From Octopus vulgaris (taxonomy: Eukaryota), in assembly GCA_951406725.2 (NCBI GenBank), contig OX597821.1:62930001-62994000 (forward strand): 64,000 bases of DNA, written 5' to 3'. The translations under genes were made by a program, and so were the position numbers. The notes under the pieces are model-generated. The model was not told the DNA's origin, searched no databases, and saw only the letters and a program-made list of their open reading frames with translations. Each line of letters begins with the position of its first letter. The stretch's first letter is position 1. Shown here piece by piece: positions 10,866 to 24,915 of this stretch.

Positions 10866-13519
10866 TTCATAAACAGCATTGAATGTAGCGAACCAAAGTA
10901 GTAATGCCAAGCCAAAGATAGAATAGCTTCAGTGACTGAGAAAAACAGATGACTTTTTTTAAAATTAGGGTGTTTTGTAATGAAATCTGAAGAAGAGTTG
11001 ACTGAAAACAGAAAAGTAGAAAGTCTCACTGGAACAGTTATCAACATAACTGATGAAGTGGAATTTCGTTTAAGTAACTAAAGCTAATTACAGCAATGAT
11101 ATCAATGGTAAAATGAGAATAATAAATGATATAGGTCAAATACAGGTTGATAGAGTAACATGAGGATGATGTAGATTGACTAGAGTGAAAGGAGAGGGTA
11201 GAAAGAAAGACGAGTTGTGAAAAGATAAGATGCATGTCTATTATTTCTGTTTTAAAGCTTCCGAACAATATTATCTCAAAGATGGTTATCAAAAATCAAA
11301 ACGCTGACAAGTTTCAATAGTATTTCTCTAACGCATTTCATCAAAACTATTTCACAGTAATGAAACATGCTTAATATTGCTAAAATATTTCAAACGATAC
11401 TTAGTTTTAATTTCAAAGCATCAATCCTGCAAACGCTGACAACTGTCAATAGCATTTCTCGAAATGTCGATTTTCGTTTCATTGTATATTTACTTCTGTG
11501 AAATACAATGCTATTTTTTTAATCGTATAGCAATATGACTGGAAGAAGAAAGTTTAGTAGATGAAACTCTCAGTATATCAGATACAATGGTTTTGTTTTC
11601 ATATATTATAAAATATTCTATTATGGCTTTAAAACAGTTGCAACTGCTTGCCTAGAGAATAGATTTTAAAATTAATATGGGTCTATAGCTGCACATAGGA
11701 AGGAATATAAGGCATGTGATTGTTGTGCGGAAGACTATGTATAATCAAATTATCTGGCTAAATCACCTAGCGAGAAAGATTTCCTGCGTGGTTGGGATGT
11801 ATGTGAAGTTTTGCACTTGTGTAAACGTGTTTTAAAAAAAGAAGACCACGAATGATCCAGTATTTACATTTGATTGACGTGTTTTTGTTTTCTTTTTCTT
11901 TACGAGTCTCAAATTTCTACTGTCCATCAAATTTGAAGATCTTCCCAACCTTATAGTCTGCATTCAATCATTTTAGTGCGGTTGAGAATTTCATTGGTAT
12001 TGCTTCTGTTTGTTATTTTTATGGTTTGGACAGAAATGTACGTCTCTATTTACGGTTGTAAATTCTGTTTCCTCGATTTCGAAATAGTGTTTTCGGTGGC
12101 ACTTAGATAATTGGTTTTGGTAATATGGTATGTGTTGACTTTTCACATTATATTTTGATAATTGCTTAGCGGTTTGTCAAGTACAGAAAATAATAACCAG
12201 CGTTTCGTTGTCAACATACTTTGTATCATTTCAGGAATTGTATTAAGGCTGCCTCGAAACTTCGATATCAGTGTTACATTTACCAGTAAATAGAGAATAC
12301 AAGATAAGGGCCATTGATGTGGCAACGAAATAGTTGAGAAGCAATTTGTTAAGATTCGCTGGAGAAAAAGAACTCGTACAAATAATTACCTGGGAATAAT
12401 TAAAGTTTTTTACGTTTCTTGCTCTCAGCCTCTTGGTATGGAATCTAAACACTGAGGTTTGCACTCACATCATAATGCTTCGTCTAAGATTATGACTCAG
12501 GAAGAGAATACATAAATATGCACACAAACACACGCACACACGCAAAAACACGCAAGCACATATACACAAACAAACACATATACTATTTTAGGCAGTATTT
12601 GCTGTAGCCTGCTACATTTAAAGTAGGTTACACATAAAATTGCAATTTATAGTGTCCTTTACCATTGCAGGATACGTCTAGTCTATTTCAAATCTTGTTA
12701 TTCCATCACAGTAAGAATACACATACACGAAGCATATCTAATCCCGTGATATTTTTTAATGCGGTTTCCTTGCACATTCGATCATCTAAGTATCTCCCTA
12801 TCAGCGTAATTATTTTGTGCATACTGTATACATGCATATTTCACGTACCGTAATATAATACAAGACAAGGTTTGTAAAATTAATTAGATTGTTAACTAGC
12901 AAATTAATATTTCTTTATATTAAAATCATTGTGTTTACATTATTGCAAAACATTTTTAAAGTTATCAACAGCGTTTTTAATTGACAACCTTAATTTCCCA
13001 AAACGTCAAATGCACAGGAAGAGCAAAGAATACATAAATTACCATCAATTAAGCACCAGCCTGATTTTGGATAGTTTCCCCAAATTACATTCCAAAAATA
13101 CATGTTGTTTATCATACCCATATACATGGATTATGCACAAACACATGCATATTTATGTGCAAATTAAGCAGATAATTTATCACGTATTATAAACATAAAT
13201 TCCCAATTGACCATATGTATGCAAATCCTATGTTAATCAAAATACCGAAGTAAGTGATTTTCACAGTAATTTCTTTATTTGCTATAAGACCGATATATAT
13301 AAAAACTCGTCAATTAAACAGATTAAGATTAAATTGCTTAATCAAATAAATCCAGGCAATGTACACATATTGTCAAAGCCAACTGCATACATAGCGTGTT
13401 GCTCTAAGCCTAATGTATCCGTAGCGTACTTTTTAAAAGGTGTAATGGCATTTGGAACTGATCTGACTGCTGGGTGGTATGTTCGTACTTTGGTGACTAT
13501 TAGAAAACTGATAATAATA

Positions 13520-13690
13520 CTGATTTCAAAATTGAACACAAACCAGCCATTTCGGGTGATGAGCCAAGTCGATTGCATCAATCCCACTGCTCAACAGGTA
13601 CCTATTGTATCAACTTCGAAAGGATGAAAGGCAAAGTCGACCCCGGTGGTATGTGAACGTAAAGCCTGGCGAAACGCCACTAAGCGCGAT
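13520..13690 (-). mobile_element. SINE fragment (family B)
   Basis: gaaaggatgaaaggcaaagtcgacc is the reverse complement of the central block shared with the copies at 17043 and 42077. Confidence 0.8.
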
Positions 13691-13744
13691 AATTGTATTG
13701 ATATAGTTGCAATTTTCCTAATTCATGAATGAGAACTATAAGTT

Positions 13745-14002
13745 TAGGGACAGCTTATTTGATAAATCTGTGTCAAGACCCAAGACTTTGACAGTTACAG
13801 CCGGGGGTTTGTAAGCGTTTATTGAGTGTTTAAGAGCTCCACAAAGCTCCGGCCGGGAGGGGTGAACCCTGCTGTAATCTTTCACCGCAACTTTCTCTCA
13901 CTCTTTCTTCTTGTTTCCGTTGTACCTGTATTTCAAAAGGCCAACATTGTCACATACTGTGTCACGCTGAATCTCCCCGAGAAATACGTTAAGGGTACAC
14001 GT
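13745..14002 (+). mobile_element. SINE (family D), 3'-truncated
   Basis: gaaccctgctgtaatctttcaccgcaactttctctc ... gtcacgctgaatctccccgagaaatacgttaagggtacacgt is the reverse complement of the body of 3399-3771. Confidence 0.85.
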
Positions 14003-16429
14003 ATATATATATCAGTTTGTTCAAAACTAGTTGTTGTCGCCATTGTAGTAGATGAAGCATATTCTTATAAAATACCACAATCGATGACATGACCAGATTA
14101 CAGATAATTATTTAGCATATGTTGATTGCGAATACTGAAAACCCACAAATGTTAATATTTTAAACTTTGTTAATATTTTAAACCTTGCTAAAAAAATAAC
14201 AATAAAAAAAAAAACAATTAAAAAACCAGCAATATGAAAAAATGTTTTGGAGGTTTCTTGAACAAGAAATGATTTTCGATAATCATATTTAAAATAACAT
14301 ACGTCAAGCTGGATTTTGTTGATATTTATCCTGAAAGAAATTGCCAAATTTTAATTTCCGCTTCATAAATTCTGCACAGTCATACCTTTTATGTATAACT
14401 TCTGAAGAATTTTAGCTTTTATGTTAAGTTATATTAACTAGCAATAAAGAATTTTAAACTTCAAAATCATTTCAATATGCACAGAGATGACATTCTCAAT
14501 GTAACTCAGTGGCTTTGTTATTTCGACTCTTAAAAAACAAAGAACATTTAAAATTAATCTACATCGACAAACAAAGTCTTTATAGTAACAAATTAAGTTC
14601 CACATCGTATGCATGCACTTATTAATATATACATACCAGAATACTTAATCATACCTGGGTATAGTCAGAAGCACAATAGACATTCTTTCGCCGACTTTTG
14701 TACTGAACTCTTCACACATTTATTCACATCTATATATATATATATGTAATTCATATTTCCAACATACAATACTGCGCTTTAAGCTGATACATTTTAATCA
14801 CCCCGGAAGATTAAATCCAATTCAGTGTCGGCGGGATTTGACCTCAGACACAGAGACGCTCTTATTCGAAATCCGACGCCCCAACGACTTCTTGAATGTA
14901 CATGAAAAATACAGCCTTGTTTCTCACGTTTTCTTTAAATAAGCGGAATATCAAATTCATTAAGTTAACATCTCAAAGTAACAGTTACTAGATTGTCTAA
15001 CAATACATTTATCCAAGTTATAAACTACAGCATGATTATGATAGTAAATATTTTTCCAAAAATAAAATAAGTCATTGCAAAATTAAATTTTCTAATAATT
15101 GAGTAAAGGTTTATTGATAGAGGTATGTACTTGAGTATCATAGCTAAATCAACTAATTCCTTTAGCACTTAGAATTTGTTTATTCACGTGTGTTCTATGA
15201 ATATCAATATAATTATTTTCTCATGAACCAGGCTTACGCTACGATACACACAGTCTTACCAAACAATGAATAACTATGTTATTGCTATTTTATACTATTT
15301 GGCCAATATTCCACCACCACTCTCGTTTTCTGAGATAAATGAAAATTTAAAATACTCATTTAATATATATATATATTAATGTAAATATGTGGAAGAATTT
15401 GTCATCATTAATGTATGGGGTTTTATATATTTAAGTATTATTCAGCATTAGCCTTTCAGTTTTATATTGAGATATATTAAACCGGATATGTTTAAACAAT
15501 CGAAAGTAATTATTCTGATCTAGAACTAATATTGACAATGATAAACTATTTTACATTAAAAAAATGAATGCTCTACGCAAAACATCAGTTTACACACACA
15601 AGCACGCACATAACGAAATGTGTGTGGGGGGGGGGAATCGTATACACTCGCAATCTGATAATTTCATATTATAGCGGTTAGACTGCATAATTTTGAATAC
15701 ATTCAATAGTCATTCAATAAAAAGTCTTCTGTGAATTAGAGACAAAAGATATTTCTTTTAGTAGCCCCTCCTGAAGCTCTCACCATGTGTAGATTATTAT
15801 GAAAGTGTGAGAAAAAGAGAAAAAGAAAAAGCGTTAGAAGTAAAGGTTTCATTATTCTGTCACCTTTATCCAACAGAGTGAGATGGAAGACAGGCTATAT
15901 CGAGCTCTGCAAGGTTTGAACTCCTAAAGTTTCAGGGAAGGTACTTAATGAGATTTACCCGGTGGACTAACAGTTCTGCCAATCAGACCAACATATTTCA
16001 ATGTTTGTTGATGCTCACTATAAGCAAATGGTTGCATGTACCTGGCTGCAAGTCTCCGATTAGAAACTCCGAATTGTAATGTATTATGAGCTCCAACATT
16101 AAATATATAATACTAGTAAAATTATAAAATGTTTTAAGTCGATATCTGTCTAAATTACATTGCACATTACCTACCATCAGTCTACAGTCATTCATGAAAT
16201 ACTGTTAGTTTTTATCTAGTTTTGCCTTCGTCTTTGTTGTCCTACTGCTTCTCAACCTCTCGTTTTCTTTTACCTTCCACGTCTCTTCTTAGCTTCTTGT
16301 GTCTATTTTTTCTGAACCCTATACACATAATTTTCAAGACTGTCGACTTGGCACGTTTGCGATCTGAGTACTCATCCATACTTAGAACATGTTAATTCTA
16401 GAAATATAAATATCCTTCTTTTATTTATT

Positions 16430-16830
16430 TCTTCTTTTATCTTTTCTGTTACTCGTTTCAGTCCCTAGATTGCAGTCATACTGGGGCGCCAATTGGAGAA
16501 TTTTAATCGAAAGATTTAGTTGGCCATAGTTCTTTATTTTAAGACTAGTACATATTGTTTCTTTAGCCGAACTGCAAGCTTGCATTAACACATTTTCTCA
16601 AGCGATGGTGGGGACAAATTGAGACAGAAAGTTACAGACGTACGCACACACACACACACACAGATTTTTATATATACGACGGGCCTCTTTAAATTTCAGT
16701 CTAGCAAATACAATCACAAGGTTTTGGGTGACGCGAGGTTTTATTAGAAGACACTTGATCTAGTTACGACGCAGTGGGAATAAACCTGGAACTATCTGGT
16801 TGAGAAGCAAACTTCTTGTCGCATATTCAC
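16430..16830 (-). mobile_element. Diverged SINE (family A) with internal (CA)n
   Basis: Colinear reverse-complement similarity to 60806-61220, including tail, central microsatellite and head. Confidence 0.8.
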
Positions 16831-17042
16831 TTAAACCCCTTATGCTACTAAACTCGTATCCTTAACACTACCACCTGACCACTTACGGGCCTGTTGAAAT
16901 AAGGTCCCTGGTGCAATAAGTTGACTCAGACCTCAAGCTTAGGGATTACATCTTGACTCCTACTAAACTTGGAAAGATTAGAAAGTGTCTTGGCATCTAC
17001 CTCCTTTCCTGTTTTTAGCTCAAACAGAAACTGTCCTGCCAA

Positions 17043-17270
17043 GGCGAGCTGGTAGGAACGTTAACACGCCGGGCGAAATACTAATCGGTATTTCGTCTGC
17101 CGTTACGTTCTGAGTTCAAATTACGCCGAGGTCGACTTTACCTTTCATCGTTTCGGGGTCGATAAATAAAGTACCAGTTACGCACTGGGGTCGATATAAT
17201 CGACTTAATGCCTTTGTCTGTCCTTGGTTGTCCCCTCTATGTTTAGACCCTTCTGGGCAATAAAGTAATA
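17043..17270 (+). mobile_element. SINE (family B), full length with 17-bp target-site duplication
   Basis: Starts ggcgagctggtaggaacgttaacacgccgggcgaaat and contains a B-box-like gagttcaaatt. Flanks agaaactgtcctgccaa (17026-17042) and agaaactgtccttccaa (17271-17287) differ at 1 position. Confidence 0.92.
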
Positions 17271-17326
17271 AGAAACTGTCCTTCCAATTAATTTCATAAA
17301 TGGACAATTAATGAATAATAATATAT

Positions 17327-17513
17327 GGTGGCAAGGTGGCAGAACCGCTTGTACACTGGAAAGATGCTTTGCGGCATTTTGTCTATCTTTATCTTCTGAA
17401 TTCCAGTTCTGCCGATGTCGATAAAATAAGTAACAGTTCAAAACAGGGGTTACTGTGATCGACTTACTCCTACCTCGAAATTGCAGTCCTTATGCCAAAA
17501 TTTGAAATCTATT
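17327..17513 (+). mobile_element. Older SINE (family B variant)
   Basis: ggtggcaaggtggcagaa head, gtcgataaaataagtaacagtt centre and ccttatgccaaaatttgaaa tail, shared with 33238-33460. Confidence 0.75.
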
Positions 17514-20500
17514 ATCTTAAAAGTTATATATTTGTTTTATTATATTCCTTAAAAGTAAAATTTATATACATAGCTAAATATAAATATTTTACTACGTTAC
17601 TCTTTTGAAATTATTGTTTCAAACAAATAAGTTTCTAACTACAGATTGCTACTTCCTTACACGCCTCACTTTATCCAATTTCTTTCTCTTTTTGCTTCTG
17701 ATCTATCTCACTTTATCAAACTATTGATCTAAAACGTTACTTGACGTCCATTCTCTCTTTCTTCCAACATTTCTGTTATTTCTGGCAGTACCTCTTCTGA
17801 TTCAATATGAAATATTTCTATCTTTGTATATCTGCATTCATAACGATACGATATCTCCACAAATCGGTTTTCCGATATCTCCACAAATATTTAACTGTAA
17901 ATACCATAAAGTGAACCAATGGTTAAGCACGTATATAGTCATCTATTACTGCTTTTAAAATTTTGATTTAACGTATGATGCAATGTATTTAGGCGTTTAC
18001 TTTCTAAAAATGTTACAGCGGTATTTAGAAATATATAAATATAGTGGTATTTAAATATACTTTTTATCTAACAAAATTACGAAGAGTTATGATGTATTCA
18101 AGGCTGAATCAATGAACATGTGAAAGCGTCCGCGTGTGAAAGGAAAATTGAAAAATTTGAAAACGTGTGTATCCGTTAGTTAAGAATACTAAAAAAAAAA
18201 CTAAGAAAGCATAGTTTTAAAATTTTAATGCTTATAGATTTTGCGTAGCATGATTAACTATTTCTAATAGCGAAATAAGTGTACGTATATAAAAAAGAAT
18301 AGACAATAAGGAAATTCAATAGTATATAAGTCTATTATTATTAATGTGATATACGTTGTTAATAGAACACAATGATCTGACATATTTTGTATTATTGGAA
18401 AATATTTGAGTTAAATAAGCAGTGGAATTTACAATATAAAGAGAAATTTATACAGTATTAATTTAATTTAATTATATTTCAGTATATGTGTAAGGATCCC
18501 GTGCTGATAGTGTTTGGAATAGAAATAATTAAGTTTTCGGCGATGAGAATTTTAAGATGAAAATTAGGAGTTTCCTTCCTGCGTGCAAACTGCAATATGC
18601 TAACAATTAAAAAATTAAACGCGAATAAAACAGAGTAAATCTATTTAATAAAATTGAAAAGGCTAATAAACAATTTTGTGTGTTATTGTAAACAATCATA
18701 TTCCGATAAATTCATATGCACTCAAATTATACGTAAATAGGAGTAACATTATTAATAGTGGAATAAAAAAGATTGAAGTTCATGGATAGATATAAAATTA
18801 ATTCTATTACAGAAACTAAGTGCATAAAAATCAGTTTAATAAGTAGGGTTAAAACAATATAGTAAGTATATGATTGAATAGATATTACTACCTGTGTTTT
18901 TATAACTTTTCATAGATAATATCTGATGTAAATTAACAGCTGTTATTGAAAGCAATTTTTAATATGTAGAGCAGAAGTGTTATTAAATGTTTAAAAATAA
19001 CATATTGGCTAGGGATATTGAAGTGCAAAATTGAATAGTGAACAAATGGTGTAGTAAGGGAAAATATTTTGAGGTGTAAAAAACACGTAAAAATATTTAT
19101 TAATAAAGATGCAGAACTGAACTCAAAAGTGACAAACTACACGATATTTGCTATAAATCATCAAACATAAAATATATTCAGATGCCAGTAGAAAATCATG
19201 GTAAACGAAATTCCATATGGAAACTTAAAATGTTTGTTCTAAAAACAATAAACGGCATTCGTGTCAAAAAGACATGAATATATTAAAATATATAACAATA
19301 AACATGACATGCTAATCTTCAGATAACAAATATTTTGAGGAATATAGGTTAGGGAGAAGATAACCTGAATAAAGAGTTATTGTTTGGGACTTAGGCGTCT
19401 AAAAAAAATATGCAGAGATGAAGCCAACGAATGAATCCGGCTATATTTATGAATTTACATCTAAAAAATAAAGGTGATTAGTAAGTCTGTTGGAGAACGT
19501 GCATAGATGATATAAAATTAAGGAATGTTAATAATGTAATTTTATATGCATTCGGGCTTCAAAAGTTTGAGGAAAGGAATATAATACGGAAACAAAGATT
19601 GAAAATGGCTTAGATAAAAATATTGTTGTAGCAAAAAATAAAGCCTTTTCAAAATCAAATTTCTGAGTTTGTGCGTTGCTGTAAGGTAGTCTGTCTGGCA
19701 CAGGAATATAATATAGGAAAGTTATACAAATTGAAAATGCACTAACTGTAATTATTAATACACTATGTTGCATTGATTTTTATGTCGAAAAAGTTTTACT
19801 ATTTATCTGGATGAAATTGAAAAAAGTAATATGCTCGAATAGTGAAGTTATTAAAACTACTCTAACATATTAGACGAGAATGTAAAAATGGGTCAAATGA
19901 ATCATTATCTAGTTGAAAATATTATAAATAGGTTTACAATATGTTAGATTTCTTAGGTTCCTTTCTCTACAGTTTCATGCTACTGCAGAATATCTCTTAA
20001 GTAATTGGAAGAGGATGGAGAACAAAATTTCATATGATTATGCGTGGTAAAACAGAAACACACACACATACACACGCACCATGCACGTACACACATACAA
20101 ACTACCCCCCCATACACACACACGCATATATATCTGAACATGCTTCTGTATGTACATGTGTGTGCGCATTTGCATACATCAATGCATGAATTTACTAACA
20201 AAATGCATATTTATATGCAAATATATATATATATACATTATAACAATATTTTCTAAAATATGTCAATTGTCCTCAGACATTTAGCTGTTTGATTTCTTAC
20301 CTCAGTCTCATCCTCTCATCATCTGTGTATGTGTGTGTGTGTGTTTAATGTATTATTGTATAGAGTTATGATATGTCTAAAAGTATTTAGAATCATCCTG
20401 TGTTATTAGCCTATCATTTAAGGTTTTCAATACACAGATTTTAGGAACAAACTTTTAGACGCTCACCTACGCAGACGCATTATATTTAGCATTTTCGATC

Positions 20501-21304
20501 CGTAGATAAGTCTCTACTGCTATAAAGAATGCAACATCATTTATGTCTAAGCACATGTTTCGATAACATTCTTTGACCAATACTAGCAAATAGATTTAAA
20601 ATAAGTTAATCTATTAAATTATCCATTCAATGTTATGTAGGTATATTACATTTGGGAGTTCAATTATTAATATTGAAGTAAACATTATTTCATCACGTGC
20701 CAAATGCTGTCTTTTGATTGCCAATTTCAATCTTATCAGTGAGAGGAAAGGTTTCTGTACATGTAACTGTGATTTACATAATGCTTTGGGCTATTTCATG
20801 ATATATGTTGTGGTATTGCAAGGTAATTATTTTACGTGCTACCGTTGCTGCTAAGAAATTGAATCGGACGGAGAAAAGTAGATTTTAGCTCTACATTACA
20901 ACATTGTGTGCTTCGGGATTATTATATGACATGCTATAACAAAAAAAAAAAACATATTGAAAAATATCTTTATTGACGTTCTAGTTCATAAGTTGGTGGA
21001 GCCCTCCGTATATGGTGTTATCCATAAGTTTTGTACATACATGATTTCTGATTATTGTTGTTCCTAAGATTCCATTGACAAGCAGCAAGAGATTTTCATA
21101 AAATTAGTAGCATAAGTAGAGTACAAACCGAAACATTTTAAACATTGATATCTGTACACTATAGGCATCTGCTTTTTACCATAATCACACACCGAATGTA
21201 CATTTATGAATCGATCTTGCAAAATGTTATTTCTAGAAACTCTCTCAAAGGTGTATATAATTTATTCAGAAGAGTAACAATATTAAAGCCAGGCTGAATA
21301 TGTA

Positions 21305-21709
21305 TTTTATATTCTTTTACATGTTTCATTCATTAGACGGTGGCCATACTCGGGCACAGCCCTGAGGAAATTTTATCAAATGAATCCAGCTCAGTACTTA
21401 TTTTTTAAAGCGTGGTCGTTTTTCTGTCGTTCTCTTTTCCGAAACTCTAATTTATACTGACGTACACACACCAATACCTGTTGCCAAATAGTGGTAGGAA
21501 TGACATACACAAATAGACGTAAACTTATACACGCATAAATATACAAACGATGGGCGTCTTTCAATCTCCGTCTACTAAATCCATTTGCAAGGATTTGATC
21601 AGCTCCAGGGTGTAGTCGAAAACACTTGCCGAAGATACCTCGCTGTGATCCCGAACTTGGAATCATTTCCTTGGGAACAAACTTCTTATTACGCAACCAC
21701 CCCTGCGCA
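21305..21709 (-). mobile_element. Diverged SINE (family A)
   Basis: Colinear reverse-complement similarity to the copies at 55330 and 60806. Confidence 0.8.
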
Positions 21710-21897
21710 TGTATGGAAGCAATATGTCAAAAGAAAAATTAGATGGCAATTCTCAGTCTCATACAGTGTAAGTTAGTATGTGAATTACTCGTTTGGTCCA
21801 GCATCTGAAACGCTAATATTCAGAGCGATACACCCTATACTCATATATTTACACATACATGCATAGATTTGCGTATATATATATATATACATGTGGA

Positions 21898-22140
21898 GGC
21901 GCGTGGCTTAGTGATTAGGGTGACAGCATCATGATCGTAAGATTGTGGTTTCGATTCCTGGACCGAGTGATGCGTTGTGTTCTTGAGCAAAGCAATTCAT
22001 TTCACGTTGCTCCAGTCCACTCAGATGGCAAAAATGAGTAACGCTGCGATGGACTGGCGTCCCGTCCAACTGTGGAACACATACGCCATAGAAATCGGGA
22101 AACCGGGCCCATGAGCCCGGCTAGTCTTTAAAAGGGCGCA
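21898..22140 (+). mobile_element. tRNA-derived CORE-like SINE (family C, tail type 1)
   Basis: A-box-like tggcttagtgatt and B-box-like gtttcgattcc, then tgtgttcttgagcaaagcaattcatttcacgttgctccagtccactcagatggcaaaaatgagt, which resembles the CORE/MIR domain. Confidence 0.88.
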
Positions 22141-22768
22141 AGGAATATATATGGGTGTATATGTGTGCATGTGTGTATGTGTGTGTATGCGCAAGAGGCA
22201 TATTTGTGTCAATTCATAAGACTGCGCGTATTCGTGTGCATATGAACTTTTGCGTACCGTTTCTTATATACCTGGATTAGGTAAGTTGTTAAACATATAT
22301 TTTTAAACATGCAGTCATGTAATCATTTATGAGTAAGGCTGCAATATATTAATATAGTTGAATATCATATTTAAATCTCCTTAGCGCTATATCATGATGT
22401 ATCGAGAAAGTTAAATCGTACACATCAAACAGAGCGATGCTTTTATAAACATGTTTACAGCGAAGCCTTCTCTTTTATTACGTTCTAAATGCTGTACTTG
22501 TAAGTGATATTAATGAATGCAGGAAAGAAATACATATTATCACATACGTTCCTCCATTAATTTAGACTACTTTAAATGTATGTTTTCTGAGAGGATTTTC
22601 TGATTTCTGTTTTTTTGTATGTTTATTTATTAATATATTTATTTATTGGCGTTTAATTTTTTCTCAAAAATGAATGCATCTGCCATATTATTTTAAAGAA
22701 GAAAAAAATTCATATTAAGATTGTTATGATTGCGTTTTTGTTTGTATTTATTGTGTTTATGTTATTGT

Positions 22769-22813
22769 TTAGATTAGATACATGTCTAGATTAGATATAT
22801 GTTTAGATTAGAT
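22769..22813. repeat. 17-bp tandem repeat (tagattagata(c/t)atgt(c/t)), about 2.6 copies
   Basis: Direct reading. Confidence 0.8.
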
Positions 22814-23042
22814 AATATTAATAAAAATAGAAGGGCATGTTTCTAATCTTTTTGCTTACATAATATATGCATGAACATTAATTAGGAGCACACACACATA
22901 TATACAATACCACACTAAAAAACAACACAATTTAATATATGTAGGTATTCATATTAAATTAAGATGGGTGGAAATAATGATAATATTAATTTTAAAACTG
23001 CACCTAGTCTAGAAAGTTCACCTGTGCCGTTCGTATCCATAG

Positions 23043-23222
23043 ATGCTGGGTGTCCACTCCTGCCTCAGATAGAGAATGGGCGTGTTGAAATTCTCCCGCC
23101 AAGTATGATTGCCTCCAAGGCTCAGTACTCATGTTTCCAAGGATTCCATCTTGCGGGACGGGCCACACGGACGTGTCGGCCAGATGGCACATGGGACGGA
23201 ATGGAGCCGAGTTGCGAGAGAG
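23043..23222 (+). CDS. Internal exon encoding one complete Sushi/CCP (SCR) domain of a multi-exon extracellular or membrane protein
   Basis: Acceptor ccgttcgtatccatAG (AG at 23041-23042) and donor AG|GTAAGT (GT at 23223). 180 nt, phase 1-1. Translation (D)AGCPLLPQIENGRVEILPPSMIASKAQYSCFQGFHLAGRATRTCRPDGTWDGMEPSCER has the four Cys and the NG, YxC-x2-GF/Y and C-x3-G-x-W-x4-P-x-C Sushi signature. GC content is well above the flanks. Confidence 0.95.
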
Positions 23223-24739
23223 GTAAGTGAGATTCTATATCTGAGGACACAAACACAGAAATGTAACATCATGTTAATATTATTATATAAGTTATCGGTA
23301 GTATAAGAATATTTATATATAATGTAAATTTTAAATCCTTTAATTATAATATTTCATTTTAAATAAATCATAGCAAACAACTAGCATCTATTACCTCAGC
23401 TGATATAGTAAACAGACTAATTGCACATTAAATATGATAATGTAATAATTATACAGTAAATTACTTCTAAAACATTAGGTGGCGCTGGCAATTGGATATT
23501 CTTGTTATATATTTCATATGCATATTTATAAATACCTTAATCATGAATGCATAATCTTAAATAACCATCCTATAAATAACCATCTAATATGTATTTTAAT
23601 ATGCATGTATATCACACAGAAGATAAATAGCATCTTATGTTAGCAAGATTGATTTTTGAGGTCGGTGCGTAAAGAAACTAATTTTTAAATATTAATATGA
23701 AGATGCAGACACACACTTAATGTCACATTTATGCATCATGTAACATTTATATATATATATATAATCAACAGTATTGCATGCAGACCGCACTTAATACAAA
23801 TCTGTGTATCCATTAGCTAATGAAAACATTCTAAACCTAACCAGATAATATATTGCCAGCAGCTAACTTCTGTGCTTCTCTGTTAAATGAGTCACAATAT
23901 CGTTATTCATAATAAATTGAAAAATCTACAAACAACATTATTTATACTGAGATTTCTGTTTGCATGTCAATGTGTAATGCATAGAATAATTTACAAGTGC
24001 ACATAATAGCTATAGTCCTTGAGAATATTATCACTGCTTATATGAATATAATTTTGTTTTGACAATGTGTTACAATTTCAATAAATGCATGTGTCTATAT
24101 TTCATTCAATGACATAATCCTTCATTATACTGTTTTCTTCCTAGACGTGTGTTTGTATGTAATTCAGAAAGATGATAAATTGTTTGTGGAAAACATGTAG
24201 ATTTATATGAATTAAAATTTTAGTTGTTGCATATGTATTTCTTAGTTTCAACGGCTGACAAAAACTCAACAAAAGGAGTCAAAAAACCTCGAAAAAAATG
24301 TGATCCCGGCTGGCGACTGGTTTCACTTTATCCTCTAACACATGATATATTCAAACATTATATAACATACTTATTTAGACATTCCATCTTTATGCTTTCA
24401 TACATATGTGTATGTGTCTGTGTCTGTGCGTGCACTTGTGTGAATGTATATGTATATGTATATGTATATATCGAACACATTAATGAGGATGCGAATATAC
24501 TGAGTGTTTATATGTGTGCATGTCTATGTTTCTGTGTATGTGTGATTGTGGTGTGTTTAATCTATTGTAGTGGACCCCAAAATAGCTCCTTCTTGCCTTC
24601 ATTACAGTTAAACTAATACAAATATTGTGCAGAATACGAAGATTAAACAAATGACGTAACTGTATGCTACCACGTCCACCAGTACGACATCGAATACATT
24701 TACAAAACAAGTAATGAAATATTGCAAAGTTCGCATATT

Positions 24740-24780
24740 CATACATATATACGCACACACACACACACATGCATACACAA

Positions 24781-24838
<58 letters not shown>

Positions 24839-24915
24839 ATGTGTATGTATGTATGTATATGTATATATATGAATGTATGCATGTAAGGAATGTATGTACG
24901 TATGTGCGTATGTAT
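24740..24915. repeat. Compound (CA)n/(TA)n/(TATG)n microsatellite
   Basis: Direct reading. Confidence 0.95.

Noticed and set aside
17900-19950. Long AT-rich block that may be a decayed DNA transposon
   Set aside because: No transposase motif or terminal repeat could be read.
22964-23230. 88-aa ORF as a stand-alone single-exon gene
   Set aside because: Only 23043-23222 is domain-like and it is bounded by canonical splice sites; the extra N-terminal residues and the final GK* are intron read-through.
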